A stretch of DNA of 64,000 nucleotides, taken from positions 3,005,130-3,069,129 of the forward strand of contig MU054391.1 of assembly GCA_013239625.1 (NCBI GenBank), read 5' to 3'. This stretch comes from Lama guanicoe. Lineage: Eukaryota. The notes beneath the pieces were generated by a model. It was not told the DNA's origin, searched no databases, and saw nothing but the letters and a program-made list of their open reading frames with translations. Position 1 is the stretch's first letter; each line of letters begins with the position of its first letter. A program made the position numbers and the translations under genes. Below are positions 1 through 12,146 of the stretch, piece after piece.

Positions 1-431
1 AATAATGCTATTTGCAGCAACATGGATGGACCTGGAGATTATCCTACTAAGTGAAGTAAGTTAGAGAAAGACAAATATCATATGATATCACTCTTATGTG
101 GAATCTTAAAAAATGACACAAATGAACTTATTACAAAACAGAAACAGACTCACAGACATAGAAAACAAACTGATGGTTACCAAGGGGGGGAAAGGAGATG
201 ATGTGGGATAAATTGGGAGTTTAGGATTTGCAGATACTAACTACTATGTATAAAATAGATAAATAACAAGGTCCTACTATATAGCCTGGGAAACTATATT
301 CAATATCTTGTAATAGCCTATAATGAAAAATAATATGAAAAGGAATACATACATGTATAACTGAATCACTATGCTGCACACCAGAAATCAGCACAACATT
401 GTAAGTAAACTATACTTTAGTTTAAAAAAAA
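1..431 (+). mobile_element. LINE-1 3' end (end of ORF2, 3' UTR, A-tail), cetartiodactyl type, cut by window start
   Basis: tttgcagcaacatggatggacctggagattatc...agaaacagactcacagacatagaaaacaaact...actgaatcactatgctg...A-rich end; paralogous to 31845-32425, 30145-30398 and 56452-56722 in this window. Confidence 0.92.
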
Positions 432-1875
432 TCTCCAGACAATACAGAAGTGGCTTGGGATCCAAGGCTGGTCCCCCTGGCAGGATCCGCACCTGAGCAC
501 ACAGTGAAGTGGCCCCGTGGACCCCAGACAACTACACCTTCTGAGGGGAAATGCGTTCATTAGGTGCTAGTAGCATCCGTCTCTGGGCACATCCCTATTC
601 TTTGGAGAAACCAGGGGTGGGACCAGAGTGAGATTCTGTGCCAGTATGTGGACCTCCTTCAACCAGTGTCCTCTTAATGTGTACCCAATGGTTGTTTAGA
701 AGAGTGTTGTTTGAAAGAAGGGCCCAATAGTATTAGTAAAAAATATTAGAATAAAATAATTTAATAACTCCTATTTAAAGAGCGTTTAAGAGCTCTCACA
801 TACTTTTAAAAGTCACTCATCAAGATAGACCTACATTCTCTTAAGGTGAATTCTTCCATTCTCTTCCCTTGGCTCCTGCCCTCCGCTTCCTCTGTCTTTC
901 TCATCTGTACGTCACCCGCTCTGTGCCATGCACTGGGCGGGCCCCTTAGCACGCTCAGGGGAGTGGTGCAGAGAGGAGAGGACACGGTGCCCTGTGGTAG
1001 GTGCTTCAAGGGGGGGCAGATAAAAGGTTAAAGCCGGAGCCCATGACTTACAGAACAAAAGGCCCTGTGTAAACAGCAAATCATTTCCGTTTAGTTTCCG
1101 GGCCGGCTGGGCCTCGGGGGCCCTGAAGACGGCCTAGAAAAGAGACGGGGCGACTTCACAAGGCTTACCGATGTGTCTGTCCAGTGCGGCATTTAAGGGC
1201 ATAATCGTTCAGAGAATGAAAACGAACATCTGCATTCTCCTCCTCAAGCAGACGTGCCCAAGTGTGGAATACGCCACAGGATGCTGTTCTTTTATTCAGT
1301 TGATCAAGTGGTCTAATCAATAGGCTGGAGATTGAAGGGAAAAAAAAGAAATCAGTGTACACAGGGAGAATTTAAAACTCTGCTTATATGATCAGTTGCT
1401 TAGCGGAATTGACTTGCAAGATACAAGCAAGAGGAAAGGGCTTAGAAGTAAAGGAAAGAAAGTAGGAAAAAACATTTCATATCTTTTCGTGCAGAAAGAG
1501 ATAAACGCGGACTGGGAGGATTGGCATCAAATAAATCTGGGAAATGCAAAACTAAGAGTGGAGTTTAGTTTTTGAAAACATGCTTTCAGTTGACATTTAG
1601 GGCATCATATGTTATAAAAATGTGCATTTTCATTGCCGTGTCTGATTGCTTGCGGTTTCACAGGCAGCACTGGGCGGCAGAAAAGGCTGGGAGTTTCACT
1701 GCGGAAGGTCACACCAGGCCTGGCTCCTAGTCAGGGGCACCAGAGGACACCTCAGCGGATGGTCAGCAGAAAAGGAGCCTACTGAGGGGACACCAGAGGG
1801 ACAGTCTGAATTGAGCCATCAGTTCACACGGTGCCCTCAGTTCCTCTGGCGCTACAGGGAGCTGCCAATGACCTA

Positions 1876-2210
1876 CTAAAAATTCATGTCAAATATTGAT
1901 GCTTTCCCTTGTGGAAACCTTCCTCCCTTAGGTACTAAAACCTTGAACTCAGCAGAACCTAGAGCCCCAGCGTGAGGAATCACATTTTTAGGGTGCATCA
2001 CTGAATGCGCTAACGAAGGCCCCATTCTCACGTTCACCATGATTCCTAGAATCGTGTGTCCCGGGCACGGGAGAAACAGCTGTATTATTTGTGTCTGAGA
2101 CACCCTCCACCCTCACAAGCTTTTCAGCTGCAATGGTTTATTTCAGCTTCAAAAAGCAACTGCCCCTGGGACCTGGCATTTGGTAATACAAGGGGATCTC
2201 GTGGGCACTG
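1876..2210 (-). mobile_element. Decayed ERV-L (or old MaLR) internal fragment: integrase C-terminus into dUTPase N-terminus
   Basis: Minus-strand translations AVSPVPGTHDSRNHG and ALGSAEFKVLVPKGGRFPQG resemble recalled HERV-L pol TVSPIARIHGSRNQG and TLCSAGLEVLVPEGGMLPPG; frameshifted and deleted. Confidence 0.72.
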
Positions 2211-2689
2211 GCTTGTCGCTTTGTATCTCTCCACGGAGTAAATTGTTTGGTTGAAGAAGTGTTATGTGGTCTTACGGGAAGGTGTTAGACCCTCTGCACA
2301 CCAGGAAAAAGTCATTACTGTTTGCTCCCTGAGCCCAGTGGAAAGAAATAGGTGTGTGTGTGTGTATTTCTATATACATCTTTAAGTCAGAAAGAAGAAT
2401 GGACAGAAGTAAGAATCAAAGGGTAGGGAAAAGCAATTTTACTAGAAATTTTAGTGAGAATTTAAACATAGCCTGCCTTTTCGTGGAAATGAACTTGGCA
2501 CACAGGTGTCATGCAGGATGAAAGGACACTGTCATATATTCTTCTAACACAGTGAGAAGGTCCAGGCTTTTGACACAAAGTCGAGGTGACGGACTCTTCC
2601 CTGTTCGTGAGTAACTCAGCCCTGATATTGTATTTGCACTCAAGGACCTATAGTATTAAATCATCCATTTCACAATCAGCGTCAGACTA

Positions 2690-2878
2690 AGGCCGTGCTG
2701 CTAATTATACACGGCTATTGAACTTTAAATTATTTGAAACTAAATACAATTAAGCACTCAGTTCTTCGGTCACACTAGCCAGATTCAAGTGCCCGGCCAT
2801 GCTCCATGGCTAGTGGATGCGCTGTGGTCAGCGCAGACGTGGAATGTCTCCCTCTCAGCAAAGCCCTGTTGCACAGCA
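2690..2878 (-). mobile_element. MER3-like hAT-Charlie DNA transposon
   Basis: ggctattgaactttaaatt...cagttcttcggtcacactagccagattcaagtgc...ggctagtgg...cagcgcaga follows the recalled MER3 reverse complement. Confidence 0.8.
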
Positions 2879-3330
2879 GAGCTGAGCAGGGCTTCCAGCT
2901 GTGTTTTGCATGCATTTTCTGCTTTGCTTAAAAATTGTGAAATTTTTTTTTCTTTGCCATTGATGGAAGAAATTTTCTGTGGACATACTGGACTTCAAGG
3001 CTTGTGAGCCAAAACACTGGTTAACTTCTTTAAGCCTAACTTTCCAAGCATGAGAAGGGAACAACCTTGAAAGATAAAAGGAGTTCTTTCCCTAAAGAAA
3101 AGAGCAAGTTTCTTAACAGTTCGCGATGATGAGGGTAATGTTTCTCTTTGGCGCCAAAGCTGGGTTTGCTTATAGTCCACTCTAAAAGACTGGTTTTTCC
3201 TAAGTTTGGGGTTCCCCAGCTCTGATGCAAATACACCGCTTCATCAGTATCTGCCCTTGGTCTTCCACATGCCTCACGGAATGGGGCCACTAATACAATT
3301 ATGACTGCATGCTGCTTTCTGTCCATTCAG

Positions 3331-3807
3331 AAATGGTCTTTTCTCTATGACCTAGGAGTCTCTTGTCTTCTGCAAGCAACCATGAATCTCTGGTAAGCTG
3401 ACTCGGCAGCTCACAATTGTGGTAAAATCTTGGACCCTGTATAATTTTTGATAGTCATTAGTGGCAGAAATGAACAATTCCGAATCAATGACTAGTGCAA
3501 TGAAAGCCATGAGTAGACTACAAAGGTGGTACCTCCAGTGTTATTTTATTACTTCTTGAAATATGGTGCAGTTCCTGAAGGGTGACACCACTGTATTGTC
3601 TTTCTAAGTGGTTCCATCTTTCTGATGATTTCTTATCATTTTAATGTCTTTCAGGATACTTGGGAGTAATTGATACATGATGAAATAATTCCTAGGATGA
3701 TGGAGCACCAAAATGTTTCACAAAGTAAGAAAAATAAAACAACCAAGACCCCACATCGTAGTTTAGATTTACAAAAGGATCCGATGGAACCACGTGGTAA
3801 TTTCAAG
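3331..3807 (+). pseudogene. Candidate exon pair (3331-3392 and 3655-3807) of an unidentified decayed gene or lncRNA
   Basis: Acceptor ctttctgtccattcag|3331, donor 3392|gtaagc; acceptor tcattttaatgtctttcag|3655, donor aag 3807|gtagaa (alternative 3724|gtaaga). 3655-3807 is 153 nt and reads DTWE*LIHDEIIPRMMEHQNVSQSKKNKTTKTPHRSLDLQKDPMEPRGNFK with one stop. No homolog recognised. Confidence 0.3.
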
Positions 3808-4788
3808 GTAGAATGTTTTATTCTACCTTTTATAAATGAGTAAAATTCCTCTTTGTTCTTTGGGAAATCTTAAGAAAAAAGTAAACACGGTGAAATAGTT
3901 ATCCTTACAAATTGTGAGGACCGTTTAAGAGGGAAACTTCAGTGGGTCTGGGTGATACACTGACAGTCCAGGCAGTCATGGACAGTGATGAAAAAGCGAG
4001 CACGTGCTTATCTGGGTGAAATATTTTCCGATTGAGGGTGGGTCACAATCTCTTTATGGGAAAGAGTTGAATGTAGTTAGCCAGTCACTGGCGGACGCCC
4101 CAGAGTGTTCTGCCGGAAGTTCATGGCTGATGTTTGCTGCCAGCACACCGCAGCGAGAAGTAGCGTATTAAGTTCGGCTCTGGTGAAGGATGCTCACGTT
4201 GCTCTACCCTCCATCAGCGCCCCAGCTGTCACTTTTCCCTTGAGCCTTCCGAGCAGCGCTGCTTGGCTGGGAGTGTAAATGGCCTGATTTTCACAGAGGA
4301 GAGCATCTTGTTTCCAAGACTATTACAAGCCTTGTCTACAGTGGGAGATTTCGGTGACCATTTAGACAAGACACAACCTGGTCCCTTTTCCAAGGGTACG
4401 GCACATTTCGGAGGACAGTTTCCAAGGTAATTTTCCAAGGTGCTGGCATCCCCCTCACTGCTGACCTCCTCAGAGCCTCCGTGGAGGAAACAGTTTCAGG
4501 ACTTCCAAAAAGGCATCGTTTGGTGATAGAAAGCCAGGTTGCCTATGATAGATCCTGGTCAACAATCTTGCCACTCTAATCTTTGATTTTTTTCTTTTAC
4601 ATTCTTCTACGAAATGTTTGGCTTTTCAGCTTTAGTTTAGAGTTGCTGGAATTATAAGACAACTGGTCAACTAAACAGAGCGCCCTCCAGTTGCTCCAGG
4701 TAGAACATTGAAAGTAGAACTTTTACCGTGGTGCCCACCTGACAACCCAGGCCAGTATACAATTACGTCCTTCTCTCCACAGTCCAGG

Positions 4789-5005
4789 CAAGGGGCTGAC
4801 CAACGCATGCCACAAAGGGCTGGGTAGGAAATACTTTAGGTCCTACAGCCATGTGATCTCTGTCACAACCATTCATTTCTGCTTTTCTGGTAGGAAGTAA
4901 CCTTAGAAACCATGGGAACACATGGTTATGGCTGTGTTCCAATAAAATGTTGTATTTATTTACACAACCTGGCACCTGGTCAGTGGTCAGTATTTGATGG
5001 CTTGC
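4789..5005 (+). mobile_element. MER58A-like hAT-Charlie DNA transposon
   Basis: aaagggctgggtaggaaatactttagg...ctctgtcacaacc...tggctgtgttccaataaaa matches recalled MER58A. Confidence 0.85.
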
Positions 5006-6804
5006 AGTCCAAGTCCTTCAGATGATATTCTGGCAAGTTTTGCTTCAGTTGTTATCAGAATAAATTAGCAAAGCCGTGTAGTTATGTTAGTAATAAAGAT
5101 TCTTCTCTAGAACTTGTGTTTATAGCAACGCTGCCCTAGAGCATGTTGGGCTCTGACTCTTGGTGTTGATGTGTGGACGAACAGTACAGACACGTACACG
5201 GGGCATGAGACAGCGTCTTCCTGCACAAAAACCCTCTCAAATGAGGTGCTTCCAGGGTCCTGAATCTAGGCAGGAACAGTGCCCCGCAGTGAACAGGGGG
5301 GCTGGCTTTGGCTGACAAAAGAGGCTGAGGAGAGGGCAAAGGTTGAGGATACCAAGTTTGCCATGTTCTCTCGCCTGCCCTCGTCGCGTGCTCGGAGCCT
5401 TGCGTTTTCCTGGTTAACGCCCTCGTTTTCACTGTCGTTTCGATGCGGGTGAACTGACCACCCGAAGCTTAAGGTGTGCTGGCCTTCACTTAACACATCC
5501 CTGCAGCCGCGATTCATCAGTGGCCCTCCAGCATGGCCGTTGGAAGTCCCTGGTGCTCAGCCCGCGTTTTGGCCGAAGTATTCACACACCCGAACTTCCC
5601 ATTTTCTGAAGTGAGAATGACCAGCGCCGCGTGAAGGGCGTGGGCGGCCCGAGAGGCCTGGGGTCCCACACGCCCCCAATAGACCTGGGACGACCACCCC
5701 GCTTCTCCCAAAGCCTTGGCGGGAACGCGCGCTTCAGTCTTGGTGACCACAATGACCCGATTTATTAAGGGCTTTATAACACGCTGCCTGAGTCCTTTCT
5801 TAACATCCATTGAACACTTGTTATGTAACCATGACAGGCGCAAATACTGATTTCTAATTTCTGTAACTTCCTGTTGTCTATTGGCCATGAACATCCTTGG
5901 TATGAATTTCTGTTTCCAGCAAAACACTGATGGCATCCAAGAGAAACTGATAATGTTCGACTTAGCTGGACAGAACGTGTAATGACTGTGTCCCTGGGAG
6001 CTCATCGAAAGGCCAAGGAAACCAGAAAAGCCAGATTCAGAGCATGCACAGAGAGGATTCCAGGAGGGATTTGAGTCCGCTGTCCCAAGCAGGGCTCTGG
6101 CCCAGCTCAGGAAGCACGCTGTGACCACTGCAGCTGAGCACAAGGCACCAGCTCCGAGAGTGTAAGTCCAGATACACCACTCAGGCCACAAAACCCTTTC
6201 CTCGAAAACAGGTCTAGAAGGAGCAGGAAGATGGAAGAGGCGAGCAGCTGTCTTGTTGGAGAGCTCCCTGACTCTTGGTTCTATGGAGGAGGAAAATCTA
6301 GTAAATTTCCTGCCAAAAGTCTGGATTTTAAATAAGTCTGAATGGCATTTATCAACGATACTAAACACATTTTTATCCTAAATTTAAAAACTAGGTTGTA
6401 TTTCATTACAAAAAGAATACTAGCCTAATTCACAGACAAAAATTCCCTAAAAATGTCAAGCTGTGTTCACATGTCATTCATTCCACATAGAACATTTTCC
6501 AACAGGTTGTATTTGGTCCGCTTCCTGTCACTCACAGACTCTCAGTGAGGGAGAGTCACATGGTCCCAGAGACGAGGGTGACCATGAGGTTTCCAGAACA
6601 GTTGCCGGTATTTCTCAGACAGTAGTTCTTTGTTGAACTAGAATGTCTCTCAGTAAGCCTGCCATGAGTTCCCGCGTTCCTCTGCTTCACATCTGACCAT
6701 TGTCCTCATTTTTCATTGCCTTATAAATACCTAAATTTCACTTCTGAGACTTTTTACTTAGATACTTAGGGGTTCCTGCCAAGGAGAAGTTTAAGACACT
6801 TGAT

Positions 6805-6920
6805 AGCAGGCAGACCAGGGCTCGGAAAGTCTGGGTTCTCTCTCCGCTAGCCTGTGCTAAGTGGTGCTGTGTCCTTGGTAAGTGACCTGCGCCTCTGGGG
6901 CTGGTTTTCTTACTGGTAGG
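6805..6920 (+). mobile_element. MIR fragment
   Basis: ctgggttct...gctgtgtccttggtaagtgacct...ctctggggctggttttctt resembles the MIR core. Confidence 0.55.
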
Positions 6921-8049
6921 AGGAGAGAGCCCCCTTCAGATTTACGAGGCTATAAAGAGCCTTTTACGAGGGCTCTTAACATGCCTGGTAGGTTATCTCC
7001 ATCACTCGATTGCCTAGCATTTTGCTTCTTTAAACAAACGTACCAGCAAAGGTTTCTTTGAGTAGCTCCTTTTCCTGGCCTTCGAGGCCCTCCTGTCCAC
7101 CTTTACATGCGGGTCCAGCTTCCTGCCCTTCGACAGGACGGTGAGGAGCTCTGTCCCTGAGGGTCGATGATGGGGCGGTCGGACCGGATTGCAGTGGTGA
7201 CATCTGATACCACCAGGCTCGTTTCAGGAAGACATTGAAGGAGAAGCTTGAAGCTGAGCTACCTTAGATATTTCCTTCCCTCTGCCTGCGTCCTCTTAGC
7301 CAGTCTCTTTATGACATATTTAAGATGCTGATCAAAACACAGTGAGATTTCACCATGTTCTTTTCTACACTTTTTCTAACTCCAACTTTCTCATTTTATT
7401 TATTTGCAATTAACTAATTCTTTAGGTGAGTGGTTAATTTTTCTCAAAATTATGCACGTAGAGTTAGAAGAAACCAAATACCATTGTCAGGCCCTCCCGC
7501 AGACTCTCACATTTTAAGTATTTTATTTCCGTATGTACATTCAATATTTCTAAAATTTTAAGCTTACATTGGCCTTTTGTTTGAGTTTAAGAGACGGTGG
7601 GACTTGAGTTGAAATCTCTCACACCTTCCTTTCCACATTCCCACGTAATTCCCTTTCCCCAAAGCACTTAAAATGTCAAACACCAATGTTTACTTATATC
7701 AATATTCAGTGTTTACTCTTTCGGCCCCTGTTATCTACAGCTGAGCTATGTATCGCAATGATCACAGTTTTGTGATGCCCCCTCCCACATTAATACATTC
7801 CCTTATTTCTTTCTTTTGCTTGAGTCTTTATGCAGCAGTTACTACTTCAGCTACAAACTTTTCGCAGAATATAAATCTCTGAAACCATTTAACACAGCAG
7901 GTGTTCCAACACTGACCCCTTCCTGATGCTAGCCAGACATGGTCTCGCCCTAGGACGGCTGCCAGCAGACCTCCGTGAGCATCACTCTGCACCAGTGATC
8001 CTCCCCTCTGTGCTCCCAGGTCTCCTGTTGGATGCTGCCTTGTCTGCTT

Positions 8050-8200
8050 CATTGGTTCACTTTCTTGGTTTGCATTAAGAGGCACATTTGATTTGAGAGT
8101 TGGTTAGTAAAGCATTCTAGGCTGAAAATTATTCCTCCCCACAATTGTGAAAACATCTATCTTCTAGCATCTGTGCTATTTTTAATAAAGCCCAGAGTTT
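8050..8200 (-). mobile_element. Old L1M ORF2 fragment; surrounding 7.3-8.6 kb is probably also decayed L1
   Basis: attctaggctgaaaattattcctccccacaattgtgaa...cttctagcatc resembles antisense old L1 ORF2. Confidence 0.45.
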
Positions 8201-9363
8201 TTTTTTTTTTGCAACTTATGATACTTTGCAAAGGACTTGCTATCTTCAAACGTTAGGTGGAACACAAGCTGTGAATTTATAAGAACGAGGCACTGAGATG
8301 ATGACTGGAATTAGGACTGGATCGTTGGGTGCCCTGACGGGGCCATGTCACTGAGAGGCTGTTGACAGTAAGGCCTCCGTGTTGTTTCTTCGAGGTTGGT
8401 CAGCTTCTCCATGAGGGATGCTGTGAGCGTGTGCTGGGCGTGTAGTGCTGGATGCCAGTAGTTCTGCAGCTCCAGGAAGGAGACGAGGATTAGGTTTCAT
8501 GGGTCAGTATTTCAATTTTCACTCGATCATCATCGTTTCCCTACTGACACTGCCCTTACCTTCCCCTTGCGTCTCTGTGTCTGGAGTACGCGTGACCAGC
8601 CTCTCTTCGGGGTTTGGAGAGGACCAGGCTGGCTGGGAGAACACCAGCATGTGACCCCTTCTGGTCCACTCTCAGCCTCTCTTGTCCTGTCCTTTCAACC
8701 TGCCCCAGGCACACTGCCACTTCCGGGGCTGCCGCACTCCCAAGTCCTGAGACGTTCCTGGGGACCTGCCGTGGGGGTCACCCTACTTCTTGACTTGATT
8801 CTGCCATCACCTGTCTTCTATATCCATTACCTCCTGCCTAGTGGTTTTCCAACTTCCTTTTCCCCCCAGTATGCTCTGACATTGTCCCTTCTCCAGTTCT
8901 GTTTGTCCTCGATAGATCACACGTCCCCCACCCTTCCACACTCTTTGCTGTCATCTTAACGGAGCTGTGGGCAGAGTCGGGGTGGTGCCTGTGCTCCACC
9001 GGCACCACTTACACGCAGTCCGTGCTCACTCACTAGTCGCTGCAAACCCTGCAGACTTCAGTTGAGATCGTGTTTCTCTTCTCATTCTCCTCCTTCCTTT
9101 CTGTCCTCTGAGATTCATCCTCTCTCTTGGATTAGTACTATACATGGTCCATCCTTTCAAAAGTTTTTCTGCATGCATATGTGTATAATTAATATGTAAC
9201 CCAACTGAAAAATGCGCGCGGGACCTGAATAGTTAGTTCTCAAAAGAAGACAGACAGGTGGCCATGAAGTACATGGAAAGATGCTCAATATCACTAATCA
9301 GCAGGGGATAAAAATCAAAACCATGATGAGATATCACTTCACACCTGTTAGAGTATCAATTAT

Positions 9364-9488
9364 AGGGGTGGGGATAGCTCAGTAGTGCTCAGCATGCACA
9401 AGGTCCTGGGTTCAATCCCCCGAACCCCCTCTAAAAGAAATAAATAAATAAAATAAGCAAATACAACCGAATTACTCTCCCCCCACAA
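9364..9488 (+). mobile_element. Camelid tRNA-derived SINE (vic-1-like) inserted in L1
   Basis: A box tagctcagt, B box gggttcaatccc, A-rich tail; TSD agagtatcaattat (9350-9363) / agaatatcaattgt (9489-9502). Confidence 0.9.
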
Positions 9489-10262
9489 AGAATATCAATT
9501 GTAAAAAAAGGACAAGAGATAACAATTGTCCCTGGGGATACGGAGAAAAAGGAACCACTGCACACGGTTGCCAGGAATGTAACTCAGTCCAGGCGCTTTG
9601 GAAAATATGAGAGTTCCTCAAAAAAAGAAAATGAGCTACTCTGTGACCCAGCAATTCCGCTTCTGAATATATTGAAAAGAAATAAAGCTGCGCTCTTGAA
9701 GCAATATCCACACTCCCATGTTTGTTGCAGCATTAGTCACGGCAGCCAAGATGCAGAAACAGCCTATGTGTCCACTGACAGTTGAGAGGGAAGGACTGTA
9801 TGTTTGTGCGTGTGTGTGTGTATGTGTGTGTGTGTGTTTTTATGTGTATGTATATACACACACAATGTATTTATTTATATACACACAATGGAATATTATT
9901 CCAAACCTAAAATAGAGGGAAATCTTGTCTTTTGTAACAACATGGATGAAACTGGAAGGCATTGTGCCAAGTCAAATAAGCCTTACAGGGAAAGACAAAA
10001 ACTGTGTGTATGGTGTCCCTTACACATGGAGTCTAAAAACAAAACAAACAACGACTCGACTTAATTCATAGAAACGGAGAGCAGAATCGCTGTCGGGGCT
10101 GGTTGGGGGCGGGGGGATGGGGGGGTGTTGGGCAGAGGGAACAGACCTTCAGTGACAAGGGAAGTTCTGAGAATCTAATGTATAGCTTGGCGACTGTGGT
10201 CAATAATACTGTGCTGTGTACTTGAAATTTGCCGAGAGTAGATCTTAATTAAGCACTTTTAT

Positions 10263-10276
10263 GGAAAAAGAAAAAA

Positions 10277-10307
<31 letters not shown>

Positions 10308-10411
10308 AGAAGAAGAGGAAGAGGAAGAAGAGGAAGAGGAAGAGGAAGAAGAGGAAGAGGAAGAAGAGGAAGAAGAGGAAGAGGAAGAAGAGGAAGAGGA
10401 AGAGGAAGAAG
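10263..10411 (+). repeat. Pure-purine (GAA/GAG)n trinucleotide microsatellite inside the L1 3' UTR
   Basis: 44 consecutive GAR triplets at 10279-10410 following an A-rich run. Confidence 0.97.
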
Positions 10412-12146
10412 CAGCTCTGTGAGGGGATCACTGTGCCCATCATTTCACAGTGTAGATGCAGATCAGCTCATCACGTTGCCCACTTTAAATATAATACAAT
10501 TTTATTTGTCAATTATTTCTCAATAAAGCAAAATATTTTAAAATTAAAATAAGTTTCTCCTACATCAAGTCCCAAGGGTAGAATTAAAACCAGAGTAAGA
10601 TGAGAAGATCAAAAGTTTGAACACACAGAGTTCACTGCTTACCCCAAGGGCCGGGGCAGTGTGTCTGGAAGGAATCCACACACGGTTATGTTTCTGACTG
10701 GAAAATCCAGCAAAGAATCTCTTGCCCAAAACAGGAAGGTAGGATTGGTTATGAATAACTGACTTTCTGGCAAAATTAACTTGACCGTTATTTTCATTAC
10801 TTATGTTCAATTCTAGCCCTTTGATTTTGAAAACCCTCTTCCAATTCACCTAGTGCACTGGTAACACTCACGCTCCATGGAAGCCTGGTGCCCAGGAGAG
10901 GGATTTGGGAGACCCTCTGGAAAGGGGCGTAGAGAGGAGGCCACGTTAGTGGGCCTGGGGCTGACACTGATGTTTCACTCAGAAAAATCTGAGAGTTACT
11001 GGGTGGTACTCAGGGCCTCAGAGTCACTCTGCTCAACCCCAGTGAGGGCTGGCCAGAGCTGTGTCTAGGGATGTAGATGGTAGAAATCATGGCCCAGAAA
11101 ATGCTGAACACAAGACAGTCTCTAGAATTTGTTTTTTTTTTGTTGTTGTTGTTGCTTTTGTTTTGGTCCAAATCATTGAGATTTTTGCAAGTGTGATTTT
11201 TTTCTATTTCTCTTCCTTTTCCTTTGAACAATCCGTCTAAGTGGGCCCCCAAATCCTCTCCCAGGGCGGAAGGCAGTGAATGCCTCCAGTCGATCATTCA
11301 AGGACTCTGGGACTGGACAGCAACATAGACCATGAAGGGGAAGAGGCACCACTTTTCCATCAGCCTGAGGACTTCACTGCCTTTCTGAGACACTAAGCAC
11401 TTTAACATCTTAAGGATAATAATTAGGTGGGAGTGCAGTTTGAGAAAGAAAGGAAATGGACTCAGAGAGATGAGGGTGTGTAAAGGAAAGGCTCTCTGGC
11501 TTCTTACAAGCCTCACCCTCGATCTGCGTGAGCCTCCCCCACGCCCAGGTCACCCACAGGCGGGTACCCCGAGCTGCATTTAATTAGCAAGAGTCACCGT
11601 CCGTGAGTGGGCCGGACTGATTCTGAGATGAGAGCGACAGAGGCTCACATCTCCACTTCGTACCTGTTGATGCTTTATGCTATTAATAAACAATAAGTCC
11701 CAAACAGTTAATGTGTGGCCCTCCTACCCAGAATGCAAAGCCAGTTCATGGAATTTCAAGCCACAGGGACCTAGCACATCAAACAACACAGGCAGAGTTT
11801 ATGAACGATTTTCAATGCAGAGTCTCAAATAGATTTTTGGTTATGCTTTTTAAAGATCAATACTAAAAGTTCATGCAGCAAGGAACACCATCTCTGCTGG
11901 GATGGCCAGACAAAAATAGCTCCGTATCGCGTTTTTGGTTTTTTTTTTTTCCTTCTACGTTAAACGTCACAGGGATATGTGTGTGATGAAGATGGTTAAA
12001 GGCACGGAGGAGACTTGGTGATTTCCTGTAGAGGATAAGGTAGCTTATAGGATTTTTTAATGGAGATTTCAGCATGCCCTTTCATTTGTTTGACCTGATG
12101 GAATTGGTTATTTAGAGGAGAGCTGTGGTCAAATTAGGCATTTTAA

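Larger units (their letters stand above)
9200..10550 (+). mobile_element. L1MA9/L1MB-like LINE-1 3' portion, interrupted by a SINE and microsatellites
   Basis: ORF2 3' motifs (agatgctcaatatcactaatc, tgacccagcaattcc, atgtttgttgcagcatta, acatggatgaaactgga) followed by 3' UTR ending gtcaattatttctcaataaagc. Confidence 0.9.

Noticed and set aside
9364..9440. tRNA-like A and B boxes (also at 16287 and 56287)
   Set aside because: SINE heads with tails and TSDs, not cloverleaf tRNA genes
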